The notes under the pieces: model-generated
Databases searched by the model: none
What the model was told of the DNA's origin: nothing
Seen by the model: the letters and a program-made list of their open reading frames with translations, nothing else
Program-made: the position numbers and the translations under genes
Part shown: in pieces, positions 10,638 to 20,083 of the stretch
Numbering within the stretch: the first letter of the stretch is position 1
How the letters are laid out: each line of letters starts with the position of its first letter
Assembly: GCA_902537845.1 (NCBI GenBank)
Contig: CACBDC010000006.1
Span: 129-64,128, forward strand
Reading direction: 5' to 3'
DNA from: an uncultured Pelagibacteraceae bacterium
GTDB lineage: Bacteria > Pseudomonadota > Alphaproteobacteria > Pelagibacterales > Pelagibacteraceae
Length of the DNA: 64,000 nucleotides

Positions 10638-11284
10638 AAAATAGAATATTTATAGGTGAATTTATAGGTAGTGCTTTTTTAGTCATGATCATAGTTGGTT
10701 CTGGGATAATGGCTCAAAATTTGACTAGAGACTTTGCCGTCATGTTATTAGCTAATACTATTGCAACTGGCGCAGGATTATTTGTTTTAATAAATTCAAT
10801 TGCAAATATTTCTGGAGCTCACTTTAATCCTGTTGTTACAATGACAATGTATTTCACAAAAAAAATTAAAAAAGACTTAATTTTTACTTATATAAGTGCC
10901 CAAATTTTAGGATGTTTATTGGGAGTAATGCTCGCAAATTTCATGTTTGATTTACCCTTTATAGAATTATCAAGCAAAGCTAGACCAGGGTTTAATATTT
11001 TTATTGCAGAAGTTATAGCAACTTTTGGTTTAATTTTTATAATTTTTGGTTCACTAAAAAATGGAACTGTTGCAGTTGCTGCATCCGTTGCAACTTATAT
11101 TACTGCTGGGTATTGGTTTACTTCATCAACTTCTTTTGCTAACCCTGCGGTTGCATTAGCTAGAACTTTCACTGATACATTTACAGGTATAAACTATTTA
11201 AATACACCTACTTACATAGTTGCAGAAATTATTGGTGCTTTTTTAGCTTTATTTATAATTCAGAAAATTTTTTTCAAAAAATAA
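10634..11284 (+). CDS. MIP/aquaporin family channel (AqpS-like)
   Basis: SGAHFNPVVT and SSTSFANPAV motifs, GYWFT, six TM segments. Confidence 0.9.
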   Translation: MKNRIFIGEFIGSAFLVMIIVGSGIMAQNLTRDFAVMLLANTIATGAGLFVLINSIANISGAHFNPVVTMTMYFTKKIKKDLIFTYISAQILGCLLGVMLANFMFDLPFIELSSKARPGFNIFIAEVIATFGLIFIIFGSLKNGTVAVAASVATYITAGYWFTSSTSFANPAVALARTFTDTFTGINYLNTPTYIVAEIIGAFLALFIIQKIFFKK

Positions 11285-11553
11285 TCCCGTGAAATGAACA
11301 CGTGAAACTAGTTTAATTTTGATTAAATTTTTTGAAATATAATGTTATTAAATTTTTAAGATAATTATTCTTAATAAAAGAAAATTAATTTGCAATTAGT
11401 CAAATAATTTTTATAAGCGATCCAAGCCCTATTCAAAAAAAAAATTAATAAATTCTTTACTAGATTAATTTTTAACATCCTTTAAAAGTTCTATTAAGTA
11501 TGACGATTCGGATGTCAAGAATAACAATAAAAAAATGACAAAAAGGAAATAAT

Positions 11554-12522
11554 ATGGAACTTAGTTTAATATACACGATTATAGGGTTCGGATTAGCAGG
11601 TTATAGTGTAATCGCTAACGACTCTATACAAACACTCGGAACTTTTATTGCCTCAAAGCAAAAATGGTTTAAATGGTACACGCTCGCAAGTGCAGCATCA
11701 CTAGTAATGATTATTGCAATAACATGGGGTTGGTACAGTTATGATGGAGATATTTCTTACGGAAGATTAACAAGAATACCTTTCCAAGAAATTCAATGGT
11801 ACCACGCAGTCGCTCCTGCAATTCTATTGGCACTAACAAGAATAGGTATTCCAGTATCTACAACTTTTTTAGTTTTATCTGCCTTTGCCTCAACAGTTGT
11901 TTTAGAAAAAATGCTTGTAAAAAGTATTGTAGGTTATGGTATAGCGGCAACAGTTGCTTACTTCTGTTGGATTGCAGTTTCTAAATTTATTAATGAGAAA
12001 CTTGATGAAGTTAAAGGAGATAAATGGATTGCTTTCTGGCGAAATTCAGTTTGGGTATCTTCAGGCTGGTTATGGTGGGTTTGGTTATCACATGATGTTG
12101 CAAACATTGCTGTGTACTTACCCAGACAATTAGATTTTTCATTACTTTTAATTGTAATAACATACTTTACCGTTCTTCTTTTTTATATCTTCTATATTAG
12201 AGGTGGATCGATACAACAGGTTGTATTAGAAAAAACTGGAACGAGATATGCTCGATCAGCAACAATCATAAACGTGATTTATGCTGCAGTTCTTTTCTAC
12301 TTCAAAGAGTTGAATGATTTACCAATGTCAACGACATGGGTGTTCGTAGGCTTATTGTGTGGAAGAGAGTTGGCAATTTCAACTATGAACAAGGATTATA
12401 AATTCAAATATGTCTTTCCACTAATTGGAAAAGACTTTGTTAAAATGATATTTGGATTAAGTGTTTCGGTAGCAATCGTGCTTGCGATACATTACTTTAT
12501 AATTCCTAGAGGATTATTTTAA
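11554..12522 (+). CDS. divergent PiT-like membrane transporter
   Basis: Two PiT-signature-like repeats (ANDSIQT..PVSTT and HDVANIA..PMSTT); about 10 TM segments; SD AAGGA. Confidence 0.65.
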   Translation: MELSLIYTIIGFGLAGYSVIANDSIQTLGTFIASKQKWFKWYTLASAASLVMIIAITWGWYSYDGDISYGRLTRIPFQEIQWYHAVAPAILLALTRIGIPVSTTFLVLSAFASTVVLEKMLVKSIVGYGIAATVAYFCWIAVSKFINEKLDEVKGDKWIAFWRNSVWVSSGWLWWVWLSHDVANIAVYLPRQLDFSLLLIVITYFTVLLFYIFYIRGGSIQQVVLEKTGTRYARSATIINVIYAAVLFYFKELNDLPMSTTWVFVGLLCGRELAISTMNKDYKFKYVFPLIGKDFVKMIFGLSVSVAIVLAIHYFIIPRGLF

Positions 12523-12531
12523 TAATCAAGA

Positions 12532-12759
12532 CTATTTTTTCTTATGAAGATCTTCATAAATTTTTTTGAGGTCTTCAGGAGATAGGTTTTTTTCTTTTAA
12601 TTTATCTAAAATTTCTTCGTCTTCTTGCTTGAGTTGCTCTTTTCTTTGTTCCTCTTTAACCTCACCTCTAGCATCAAACCCTGCTTTAATAAATTTCGCC
12701 GATACAAGAATAACAATGATTGCAATGATTCCTGCTAGTGATAAAAACAACAAAGTCAT
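12532..12759 (-). CDS. small single-TM protein
   Basis: N-terminal hydrophobic helix plus charged tail. Confidence 0.7.
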   Translation of the reverse strand: MTLLFLSLAGIIAIIVILVSAKFIKAGFDARGEVKEEQRKEQLKQEDEEILDKLKEKNLSPEDLKKIYEDLHKKK

Positions 12760-12790
12760 CTTTGGATTATAGCTGATATTTGGCTAAGTG

Positions 12791-12928
12791 TTAAATGAGT
12801 TTTGTTAGTATGTAAATTTGTAGCAGTAGAATTAAGAAAGGTAAAATAGTTCTAATAAGCTCCATTGTATGGTTATATTCATCAAGTTTTCTCTCTAACC
12901 AATTTCTTTGATATTTTTTTTTTGCCAT
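12791..12928 (-). CDS. uncalled 45-aa membrane-anchored protein
   Basis: Hand translation MAKKKYQRNWLERKLDEYNHTMELIRTILPFLILLLQIYILTKLI*; fills the gap downstream of ugpQ. Confidence 0.7.
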   Translation of the reverse strand: MAKKKYQRNWLERKLDEYNHTMELIRTILPFLILLLQIYILTKLI

Positions 12929-12972
12929 GAGATTATTTACACGATGATAAATATTTTTTCAAGTTTTCAGGC

Positions 12973-13905
12973 TTAAAACCAAGAGATATTTTTGGATTTA
13001 CAAATTTCTTGAACTTTTTTTGGATAGTCAGTGATAATTCCATCAACTCCGTACTCAATCATTCTAATAATATCTTTTTCTCTATTCACTGTCCAAACAC
13101 AAGTAGCTAAACCATGTTTGTGTGCTAATTCTACATTTTGTTTTGTAACATCGCGGTAGAAAGTACTCCACACATGACCTTCTAAAGATTTAATTATATT
13201 AGGAAGCAAAAATAATTCTTCCATTGGATAATTTTTAACCATCCATGGAGAGTTTTCATAAATATTCTTTTTAGTGATTGAAAGACCTTGTTGCAGGGTA
13301 ATAAATCCTCTTAAAATATTTGGATTTTGTTTTTTAAGAGCGTAAAGAATTCTAAAATCATAAGAAGTGATTAATGTTCTGTCCTCAAGTTTAAAATCTT
13401 TTATATCTTTAAGGATTAAGGAAACCATTTTTTCTGGGTCAGGGGTTACGTTTTCTTGTGTGGGAGTTGATTTAATTTCTAAATTTAAAAATACATCTTT
13501 ATATTTATCTTCCGTAACTAATTTAAAGAAATCAGTTAATTTTGGTATTTTTTCTCCTGTAATAGGTTTTTGATTTTTAAATCTTTTTGCATACTTTGTT
13601 TCAGGCTTTATACTTCCAATACTATACTTACTTATTTCATCATAAGTCAGTTCTACTAATTTCATGCTTTTATCTGTGATCCAGTTCCCTGAGGCATCTT
13701 TAACTAAATCAGGATTTAATCTGTAGTCATGAAATATTGTTGGAATATTATCTTTTGAAATTACAACATCAAATTCAACTGCTTTGATACCAAGATCAAA
13801 AGTATACTTAAAACCAGAGATTGAGTTTTCAACAATATCACCTCTAGCTCCTCTGTGGCCGTATATTCTTATGTAATTAGGTTTCGTTAAAAATGGATTG
13901 ATCAA
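12973..13905 (-). CDS. ugpQ: glycerophosphodiester phosphodiesterase
   Basis: GHRGARG, ENS, EFDV, HD, NLEIK, WTVN, GVDGIITDYP. Confidence 0.9.
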   Translation of the reverse strand: MINPFLTKPNYIRIYGHRGARGDIVENSISGFKYTFDLGIKAVEFDVVISKDNIPTIFHDYRLNPDLVKDASGNWITDKSMKLVELTYDEISKYSIGSIKPETKYAKRFKNQKPITGEKIPKLTDFFKLVTEDKYKDVFLNLEIKSTPTQENVTPDPEKMVSLILKDIKDFKLEDRTLITSYDFRILYALKKQNPNILRGFITLQQGLSITKKNIYENSPWMVKNYPMEELFLLPNIIKSLEGHVWSTFYRDVTKQNVELAHKHGLATCVWTVNREKDIIRMIEYGVDGIITDYPKKVQEICKSKNISWF

Positions 13906-14957
13906 TTAATCCTCAAATCAGTATTAGTATCAAACAGGTGTAGTTTGTCATTTTGAATGGAAAGATTTATATTTTTTCCAATAGTATCTTCTTTAACAAC
14001 ACCTGAGATACTTGCAACTAAAATTTCATTACTATTTTCAAGTTTACCATGAATAAGTGTATTCGCTCCAATCAACTCTACAAGTTCAACTTTTAACTTG
14101 ATTGGACCATTTTGATCTAGTTCAAAATCTTCAGGTCGCATACCTATATTAACAGGTCCATTAAATTTTGAATTCACTGAAAGTAAAGCTTTGTTTGCCA
14201 AAATTAATTTGTTACTTGCGCAATTACCTTTTAAAATATTCATTGCTGGGCTTCCAATAAATTGAGCCGTAAACAAAGTTTTGGGCTTTGTATAAACTTC
14301 TAAAGGTGTTCCAATATGTTCAACATTTCCTTCGTTCATTACAATCATTCGATCAGCTAAAGTCATCGCTTCAACTTGATCATGCGTTACATAAAGAGAA
14401 GTAGTTTTTAATTGAGTTTGAAGTTTTTTAATCTCCAATCTCATTTGAACTCTTAATTTTGCATCAAGATTTGATAAGGGTTCATCAAATAAAAAGGCTA
14501 CAGGATTTCTTACAATGGCTCTTCCCATAGCAACTCTTTGTCTTTGTCCTCCTGATAATTGATTGGGTTTTCTCTCTAATAATTCTCCAAGCTCTAAAAT
14601 TTCAGCTGCTTTTTGAACTCTTGATTCAATTTCTTCTTTTGGCACTTTTGCAATTTTTAATCCATAGGCCATGTTACCAAATACAGTCATATGAGGGTAA
14701 AGAGCATAATTTTGAAACACCATGGCAATATTTCTCTCCATAGGCTCAAGCTCATTTACTTTTTTATTATCAATTAAAATATTTCCTTCATTAGCATCCT
14801 CTAACCCCGCAACCATTCTCAATAATGTTGATTTACCACATCCAGAAGGCCCAACTATTACAATCAGTTCACCATCTTTTACATCAATACTCAGATCATG
14901 AATAACTTGAGTTTTCCCAAAAGATTTTTTTAAATTTTGTAAACTAATTTGAGACAT
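13902..14957 (-). CDS. ugpC: sn-glycerol-3-phosphate ABC transporter ATPase
   Basis: GPSGCGKST, LSGGQRQRVAMGRA, TTSLYVTHDQVEAMTLA. Confidence 0.92.
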   Translation of the reverse strand: MSQISLQNLKKSFGKTQVIHDLSIDVKDGELIVIVGPSGCGKSTLLRMVAGLEDANEGNILIDNKKVNELEPMERNIAMVFQNYALYPHMTVFGNMAYGLKIAKVPKEEIESRVQKAAEILELGELLERKPNQLSGGQRQRVAMGRAIVRNPVAFLFDEPLSNLDAKLRVQMRLEIKKLQTQLKTTSLYVTHDQVEAMTLADRMIVMNEGNVEHIGTPLEVYTKPKTLFTAQFIGSPAMNILKGNCASNKLILANKALLSVNSKFNGPVNIGMRPEDFELDQNGPIKLKVELVELIGANTLIHGKLENSNEILVASISGVVKEDTIGKNINLSIQNDKLHLFDTNTDLRIN

Positions 14958-15811
14958 TATTTATCGCTTTCTAATAAGCCTTTAACAAAAAACTTTTGCA
15001 TACTGATTACTACTATGACTGGTGGTACCATAGCTAACATTGCTGTTGCCATAACTGTTGGCCAGTGTGCATAATCATCGCCTGTAGGTATCATTGAGTC
15101 TATCGCCATTACAATAGTTCTCATGTCAGGATCGGTTGTCATTAATAGTGGCCATAAATACTGGTTCCAACCAAAAATAAATAAAATTACAAATAAAGCC
15201 GCAATATTAGTTTTACTTATTGGAACTAATATATCAAAAAAGAAACGCATCGGACTACATCCGTCCATTCTAGCTGCTTCGACCATTTCATCAGGTATCG
15301 TCATAAAAAATTGTCTAAATAAGAAAGTTGCCGTAGCTGATGCAATTAACGGGAAGATTAACCCCGTGTAAGAGTTTAATAAATTTAAATTTGCAACAAC
15401 TTCGTAAGTTGGAACTATTCTTACTTCAACTGGAAGCATCAAAGTAATAAAGATTAACCAGAAACATAAATTCCTGAATGGAAATCTAAAATAAACAAAA
15501 GCAAAAGCTGATAATAATGAGATAATAATTTTTCCAACAGTAATTCCAATAGCCATGATTGCAGAGTTCATCATCATTTTTATCACGGGAACTTTGGCTC
15601 CGTATCCTTCTGGTGAGCCTCTAAATAATGCATTTGCATAATTTTCAAAGAACTCTGTTCCAGGTAACATTGGTAATGGTGGATAAATAATTGCATCTTG
15701 AGTTACGGTTGAAGCAACAAAAGTTAGCCAAACTGGAAAGAATATAAATAAGACCCCAAGAATTAAACCAAGGTGAGTTAACCAATATCCTGATTTCTTT
15801 TTCTCAACCAT
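14957..15811 (-). CDS. ugpE: G3P ABC transporter permease
   Basis: TLMLPVEVRIVPT, LIASATATFLFRQFF, GWNQYLWPL. Confidence 0.92.
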   Translation of the reverse strand: MVEKKKSGYWLTHLGLILGVLFIFFPVWLTFVASTVTQDAIIYPPLPMLPGTEFFENYANALFRGSPEGYGAKVPVIKMMMNSAIMAIGITVGKIIISLLSAFAFVYFRFPFRNLCFWLIFITLMLPVEVRIVPTYEVVANLNLLNSYTGLIFPLIASATATFLFRQFFMTIPDEMVEAARMDGCSPMRFFFDILVPISKTNIAALFVILFIFGWNQYLWPLLMTTDPDMRTIVMAIDSMIPTGDDYAHWPTVMATAMLAMVPPVIVVISMQKFFVKGLLESDK

Positions 15812-16692
15812 TAGTAATGAACCTTTCTCTCTATATATTTAAATTGAATGACAGTTAAAATTCCAACTAAAACCAAAAGAATTACAGACTGCGCTGCACT
15901 CGATCCTAGATCTTGGCTCACGAAGCCATCAGAAAATACTTTATAAACAAGAATGGTGGTCGACTGTTCAGGTCCACCTGATGTAATCGTATGAATTACT
16001 CCAAAGGTATCAAAGAAAGCATAAACAATATTTACAACCAATAAAAAGAATGTGATTGGTGAAAGTAGAGGTATTACAATTGTGCCAAAACGTTTCCAAA
16101 AACTAGCTCCATCTATTGCTGCCGCCTCAATAATTGATTTTGGAATGGCTTGAAGTCCTGCCAAAAAAAATAAAAAGTTATAACTTATTCTTCCCCAGGA
16201 TGAAGCTAAAATTACTAAAAACATTGCCTGATCACCTTTTAACGTATGGTTCCATTCATAACCTAAAGCTTTAAGATAGTAAGAAGCTAAACCAATGTTT
16301 CCATTGAACATAAATAACCAAAGAACTCCTGCGATAGCTGGTGCTATAGCGTAAGGCCAAATTAATAAGGTTTGATAAACTCCAGCTCCTTTAATTAATC
16401 GATCAGCTAACGCTGCTAAATATAAACCCAAAGCCATCGATGAAACGGATACTGCAGTTGAAAAAATAATTGTCGTTTTGAAACTTGCTAAATAATAAGG
16501 GTCGGATAATAAAAATCTAAAATTATCTAAACCTACAAATTCTGTCTTTAATCCAAAAGGATCCGGTAAAAATAAAGAATTCCAAATGGCTTGTCCTGAT
16601 GGGTAAAAAAAGAAGACAAAAGAAATCAGTAGCTGAGGTGCAACTAACAGTGCTGGTAACCACCAACCTTTAAAAAAAACTCTTTTTTCCAT
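15811..16692 (-). CDS. ugpA: G3P ABC transporter permease
   Basis: MEKRVFF, LLVAPQL, SYNFLFFLAGLQAIP, DLGSSAAQSVIL. Confidence 0.92.
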   Translation of the reverse strand: MEKRVFFKGWWLPALLVAPQLLISFVFFFYPSGQAIWNSLFLPDPFGLKTEFVGLDNFRFLLSDPYYLASFKTTIIFSTAVSVSSMALGLYLAALADRLIKGAGVYQTLLIWPYAIAPAIAGVLWLFMFNGNIGLASYYLKALGYEWNHTLKGDQAMFLVILASSWGRISYNFLFFLAGLQAIPKSIIEAAAIDGASFWKRFGTIVIPLLSPITFFLLVVNIVYAFFDTFGVIHTITSGGPEQSTTILVYKVFSDGFVSQDLGSSAAQSVILLVLVGILTVIQFKYIERKVHY

Positions 16693-16707
16693 TTGATCTT
16701 TAGAAGT

Positions 16708-16733
16708 ATACCAGGGGCTTTCGCCCCTGATAC
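16708..16733 (-). terminator. hairpin between ugpB and ugpA (attenuating or stabilising)
   Basis: CAGGGGC-GAAA-GCCCCTG stem-loop on the minus strand. Confidence 0.7.
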
Positions 16734-16744
16734 ATTAAATTGAT

Positions 16745-18058
16745 TTATTTGTTAGCTCTTTCAAATCTTCTTAAAAGAACGTTACCTCTTTTTACAGCGC
16801 TGTCTAAAGCTACTTGAGCAGTTTTAGTGCCGTTGTAAACTCCTTCCATCTCTTCATCAATAATTCCTCTTATTTGATCAAAAGATCCAAGACGTAAGCC
16901 TTTAGAGTTTTGAGTAACTTTATTTCTCATCATCTGTATTCCTGCTAAATCAGTTCCAGGATTTGATTTATAAAATCCTGACTTTTTAGTTGCTTTAGCA
17001 GCTGCAGTAGTAACACCTAAATAACCAGTGTCTTGGTGCCACTTAGCTTGAATATCAGTTTTTGATAAGAAAGCTAAAAATGCTGCAGTACCTTTGTTCT
17101 CTTCTTTAGATTTTCCAGATAACGCCCATAGAGATGAACCACCAATAATTGTGTTTTGAGGTGCTTCTGTTGCTCCATAGTAAGGTAAGTGTCTAATACC
17201 AAATTCAAATTTTGCTTCTTTTTTGATACCAGCATAACCAGCAGAAGATTCTGTCATTAACATACATTCACCGGCTCTAAAATTTTTACCAGCTTCATTT
17301 CTTCTACCCATATACTTAAATTTACCTTCTTGTGCCCATTTACCTAAAGTTTGAATGTGCTTGATGTGTACTGGACTATTGAAAGCTAACTCAGTATCTA
17401 AACCAGCAAATCCATTTGATTTAGTTGCAAATGGTATGTTGTGGTACGCTGAAAAGTTTTCAAGGTGAACCCAGCTGTGCCAACAGGTACAGAAAGGCAT
17501 ATCAATACCTTTTGCTTTAGCAGCATCAAGTGCGTTTCCAACTCTTTTCCAAGTACTTAAGTCCATCTCTGGGTCTAAGCCTGCTTTTTTCATTAGGTCT
17601 TTATTTACCCAAAGAACTGGAGTTGAAGAGTTATACGGCATAGATAACATTTTGCCATCTGTAGTCGTATAATAACCAGATACAGCTGAAACAAATCCAT
17701 TAGGATTGAATCTTTGACCAGCATCTTTCATAAGTTGGTACATAGGAACGTAAGCTCCTTTTGCTGCCATTAAACTTGCTGTTCCAACTTCAAATACCAT
17801 AAGTATATTCGGATGTTGTCCAGCTCTAAATGCAGCGATACCAGCGTTTAAAGTTTCTGAGTAATTACCTTTTCTAGTATGTACTACAGTGTACTTGTTT
17901 TGTGATGCATTGAATTTGTTTACTTGTTCATCAAGTAACTCACCAAGCCTTCCACCAAAAGCATGCCACCATTGTATCTCTACTTTTGCTTGGGCAGATG
18001 TTCCCGCAAACATTGCGAAAAGTGCCAACGAAGCAATTATTGCTTTTATTGTTTTCAT
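16745..18058 (-). CDS. ugpB: G3P ABC transporter substrate-binding protein
   Basis: Signal peptide, IQWWHA, FEVGTA, SMPYNSSTP, QNTIIGGSSLW, WHQDTGY; ATG 18058 has a GGGG SD. Confidence 0.92.
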   Translation of the reverse strand: MKTIKAIIASLALFAMFAGTSAQAKVEIQWWHAFGGRLGELLDEQVNKFNASQNKYTVVHTRKGNYSETLNAGIAAFRAGQHPNILMVFEVGTASLMAAKGAYVPMYQLMKDAGQRFNPNGFVSAVSGYYTTTDGKMLSMPYNSSTPVLWVNKDLMKKAGLDPEMDLSTWKRVGNALDAAKAKGIDMPFCTCWHSWVHLENFSAYHNIPFATKSNGFAGLDTELAFNSPVHIKHIQTLGKWAQEGKFKYMGRRNEAGKNFRAGECMLMTESSAGYAGIKKEAKFEFGIRHLPYYGATEAPQNTIIGGSSLWALSGKSKEENKGTAAFLAFLSKTDIQAKWHQDTGYLGVTTAAAKATKKSGFYKSNPGTDLAGIQMMRNKVTQNSKGLRLGSFDQIRGIIDEEMEGVYNGTKTAQVALDSAVKRGNVLLRRFERANK

Positions 18059-18152
18059 TTTGATGTCCCCCGTTTTCTTTAAAAAGAAAAAAGCTAGCAC
18101 AAAATATATGTAAAGAGGAGTCGCTAATTAAATTTAGATTCTACCTAGGGTT

Positions 18153-18497
18153 TTATTTGACTTTTCCAAACAGATTTAAAAGAATAACACCTGCTATAAT
18201 TAAAACTAAGCCTATAGTCCCATAAATATTTGGAGTTTGATTATATTTAAATATACCAAATAAAGTTACTGCAGTTATAGTTAAAGCGCCATAAGTTGCG
18301 TAAGTAAAGCCAACTGGAATTATTGTCATTGCTTTTGAAATGCAAAATAAACAAACCACAATACTTGTTACACAAAAAATTGTTGGGCTAATTTTTGAAA
18401 ATCCCTCAGTTGTTTTTAAAAAACCATTTGAGGCGATCCCTGTGATAATCGCTAAAGCAAGATATATATACCCTGATAGTAAAGTCATACTTTTCAT
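18153..18497 (-). CDS. SMR/DMT family small transporter lacking the canonical Glu14
   Basis: Four TM segments, K..EGF, IPVGFTYA, GLVLIIAGVILLN. Confidence 0.85.
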   Translation of the reverse strand: MKSMTLLSGYIYLALAIITGIASNGFLKTTEGFSKISPTIFCVTSIVVCLFCISKAMTIIPVGFTYATYGALTITAVTLFGIFKYNQTPNIYGTIGLVLIIAGVILLNLFGKVK

Positions 18498-19439
18498 TTA
18501 AGCTTTTGCAAATTGACCACCATCTTTATATCTCCACAACCATTTCTTCATTTCATCTTCTACGTCTGACGGATCAATATCCAAATCTTTTAAAGTAAGG
18601 TTGTTATCTGAAACTACATTGTCAGCCTCTGATAAAATCTCACACTGGTCTTTTGTTAAGATAGGAGGAAAAGGCAGTAAATCAGTTATCGTGCTTTGAA
18701 TTTTTGCTAATGGCATCGGCATGGGTACAACAAATCTTTTTTTATTTATTGTCTTTAAGATTGATTTAACCATATCACCGAAACTAATTATTTTTGGTCC
18801 ACCAATTTCATAAATTTTTCCCTCATTACCTCTAATCTCGATTGCTTTAACAATTGCATCAACTACATCATTGACTAGGATAGGTTGAAACTTATAGTTT
18901 ATTCCTACAATTGGTATGATTGGAAGAATACTCAACTTTGAAAAAAGATTTGTAAAGTTATCTTCAGCGCCGCAAACTACACTTGGTCTAATAATTACAG
19001 TTTTCTTAAAATTGTTCAAGGCTTTGACTTCACCTTGAAACTTTGATTTTTGATAAAGTGATTTTGAATTTTCACTAGCGCCGATAGCTGAAACATGAAT
19101 AAATTTTTTTACATCTGAGTCAGTGCATATTTTAGCTACAGACTCAGGAATAGTTGTATGAATATTATAAAACTTTTGCTTTCTAGTCTCAAAAAGAATA
19201 CCTATTAAATTTATAACAATATCAGAATTTTTTATAGCCTCTTTTAATTCTGAAAAATTATTCGGGTTCCAATCTACTAGTTCTATTGCGCCTGGAGTTG
19301 CTTGAGTTTTTAAGTAACCTTTTTGAAAGGCTTTTCTTGTTGAAATGATACATCTGTAGTTTTTCTTGGTCAAATTTCGAACAAGATATCTTCCTATAAA
19401 TCCACCACCACCTAAGATTGTGCAAATTTGATTTTTCAT
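18498..19439 (-). CDS. complex I NDUFA9-like NAD-dependent epimerase/dehydratase
   Basis: GGGGFIGRY, VINLIGIL, HVSAIGA, YQKSK, IIRPS. Confidence 0.9.
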   Translation of the reverse strand: MKNQICTILGGGGFIGRYLVRNLTKKNYRCIISTRKAFQKGYLKTQATPGAIELVDWNPNNFSELKEAIKNSDIVINLIGILFETRKQKFYNIHTTIPESVAKICTDSDVKKFIHVSAIGASENSKSLYQKSKFQGEVKALNNFKKTVIIRPSVVCGAEDNFTNLFSKLSILPIIPIVGINYKFQPILVNDVVDAIVKAIEIRGNEGKIYEIGGPKIISFGDMVKSILKTINKKRFVVPMPMPLAKIQSTITDLLPFPPILTKDQCEILSEADNVVSDNNLTLKDLDIDPSDVEDEMKKWLWRYKDGGQFAKA

Positions 19440-19459
19440 GGTATTTAAAACAACTATAT

Positions 19460-20083
19460 ATGAAAATAATTAAGTTTAAAGAGGACATAACTTCAGAGAT
19501 TGCTAACTCATTTAAAAATAGTATTGCCATAGATACCGAGGCAACTGGTCTGCAAATACCTGAAAGAGATAAATTAAGTCTGATTCAAATTTGTGACGAA
19601 AACGGAAATGTTTATATTATTCAGCCTAATAAGGAGAACTACAAAGCGCCTAACTTGGTAAAGGTTTTAGAAAATGAAAAAATTTTAAAAATTGGTCATT
19701 TTTTAAGATTTGATAAAAATGCATTGGAATTTTTTCTTAAGTGCAAAGTAAAAAATATTTTTGATACAAAAATTGCCTCTAAAATTGTAAGAACGTACAC
19801 TGATAGTCATGGTTTGAAAAATCTTGTTAGTGAATTTTGTGGTAAATCACTTGATAAAAGACAAGGTAGCAGTGACTGGAATAAAGATATAAGTGAATTG
19901 TCTAATAAACAACTTGAGTACGCTGCGAACGACGTTGTCTACTTACACAAAATAAAAGATGAATTAGAAAAAATGTTGATCCGAGAAAAAAGGATGGATA
20001 TTTTTAAAAGATGCCTTGTTTTTTTAGATACCAGAGTAGCCTTAGATCAAAATGGATTTAAATTTGATATTTTTGAACATTAA
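19460..20083 (+). CDS. rnd: ribonuclease D-type 3'-5' exonuclease
   Basis: AIDTEATGL, FDTKIAS, SSDW, YAANDV DEDDy motifs. Confidence 0.88.
   Translation: MKIIKFKEDITSEIANSFKNSIAIDTEATGLQIPERDKLSLIQICDENGNVYIIQPNKENYKAPNLVKVLENEKILKIGHFLRFDKNALEFFLKCKVKNIFDTKIASKIVRTYTDSHGLKNLVSEFCGKSLDKRQGSSDWNKDISELSNKQLEYAANDVVYLHKIKDELEKMLIREKRMDIFKRCLVFLDTRVALDQNGFKFDIFEH

Noticed and set aside
11500-11540. ATGAC/ATGTC/ATAAC repeats as a possible Pho box before the PiT-like gene
   Set aside because: Spacings of 12, 9 and 14 nt do not fit the 11-bp PhoB periodicity
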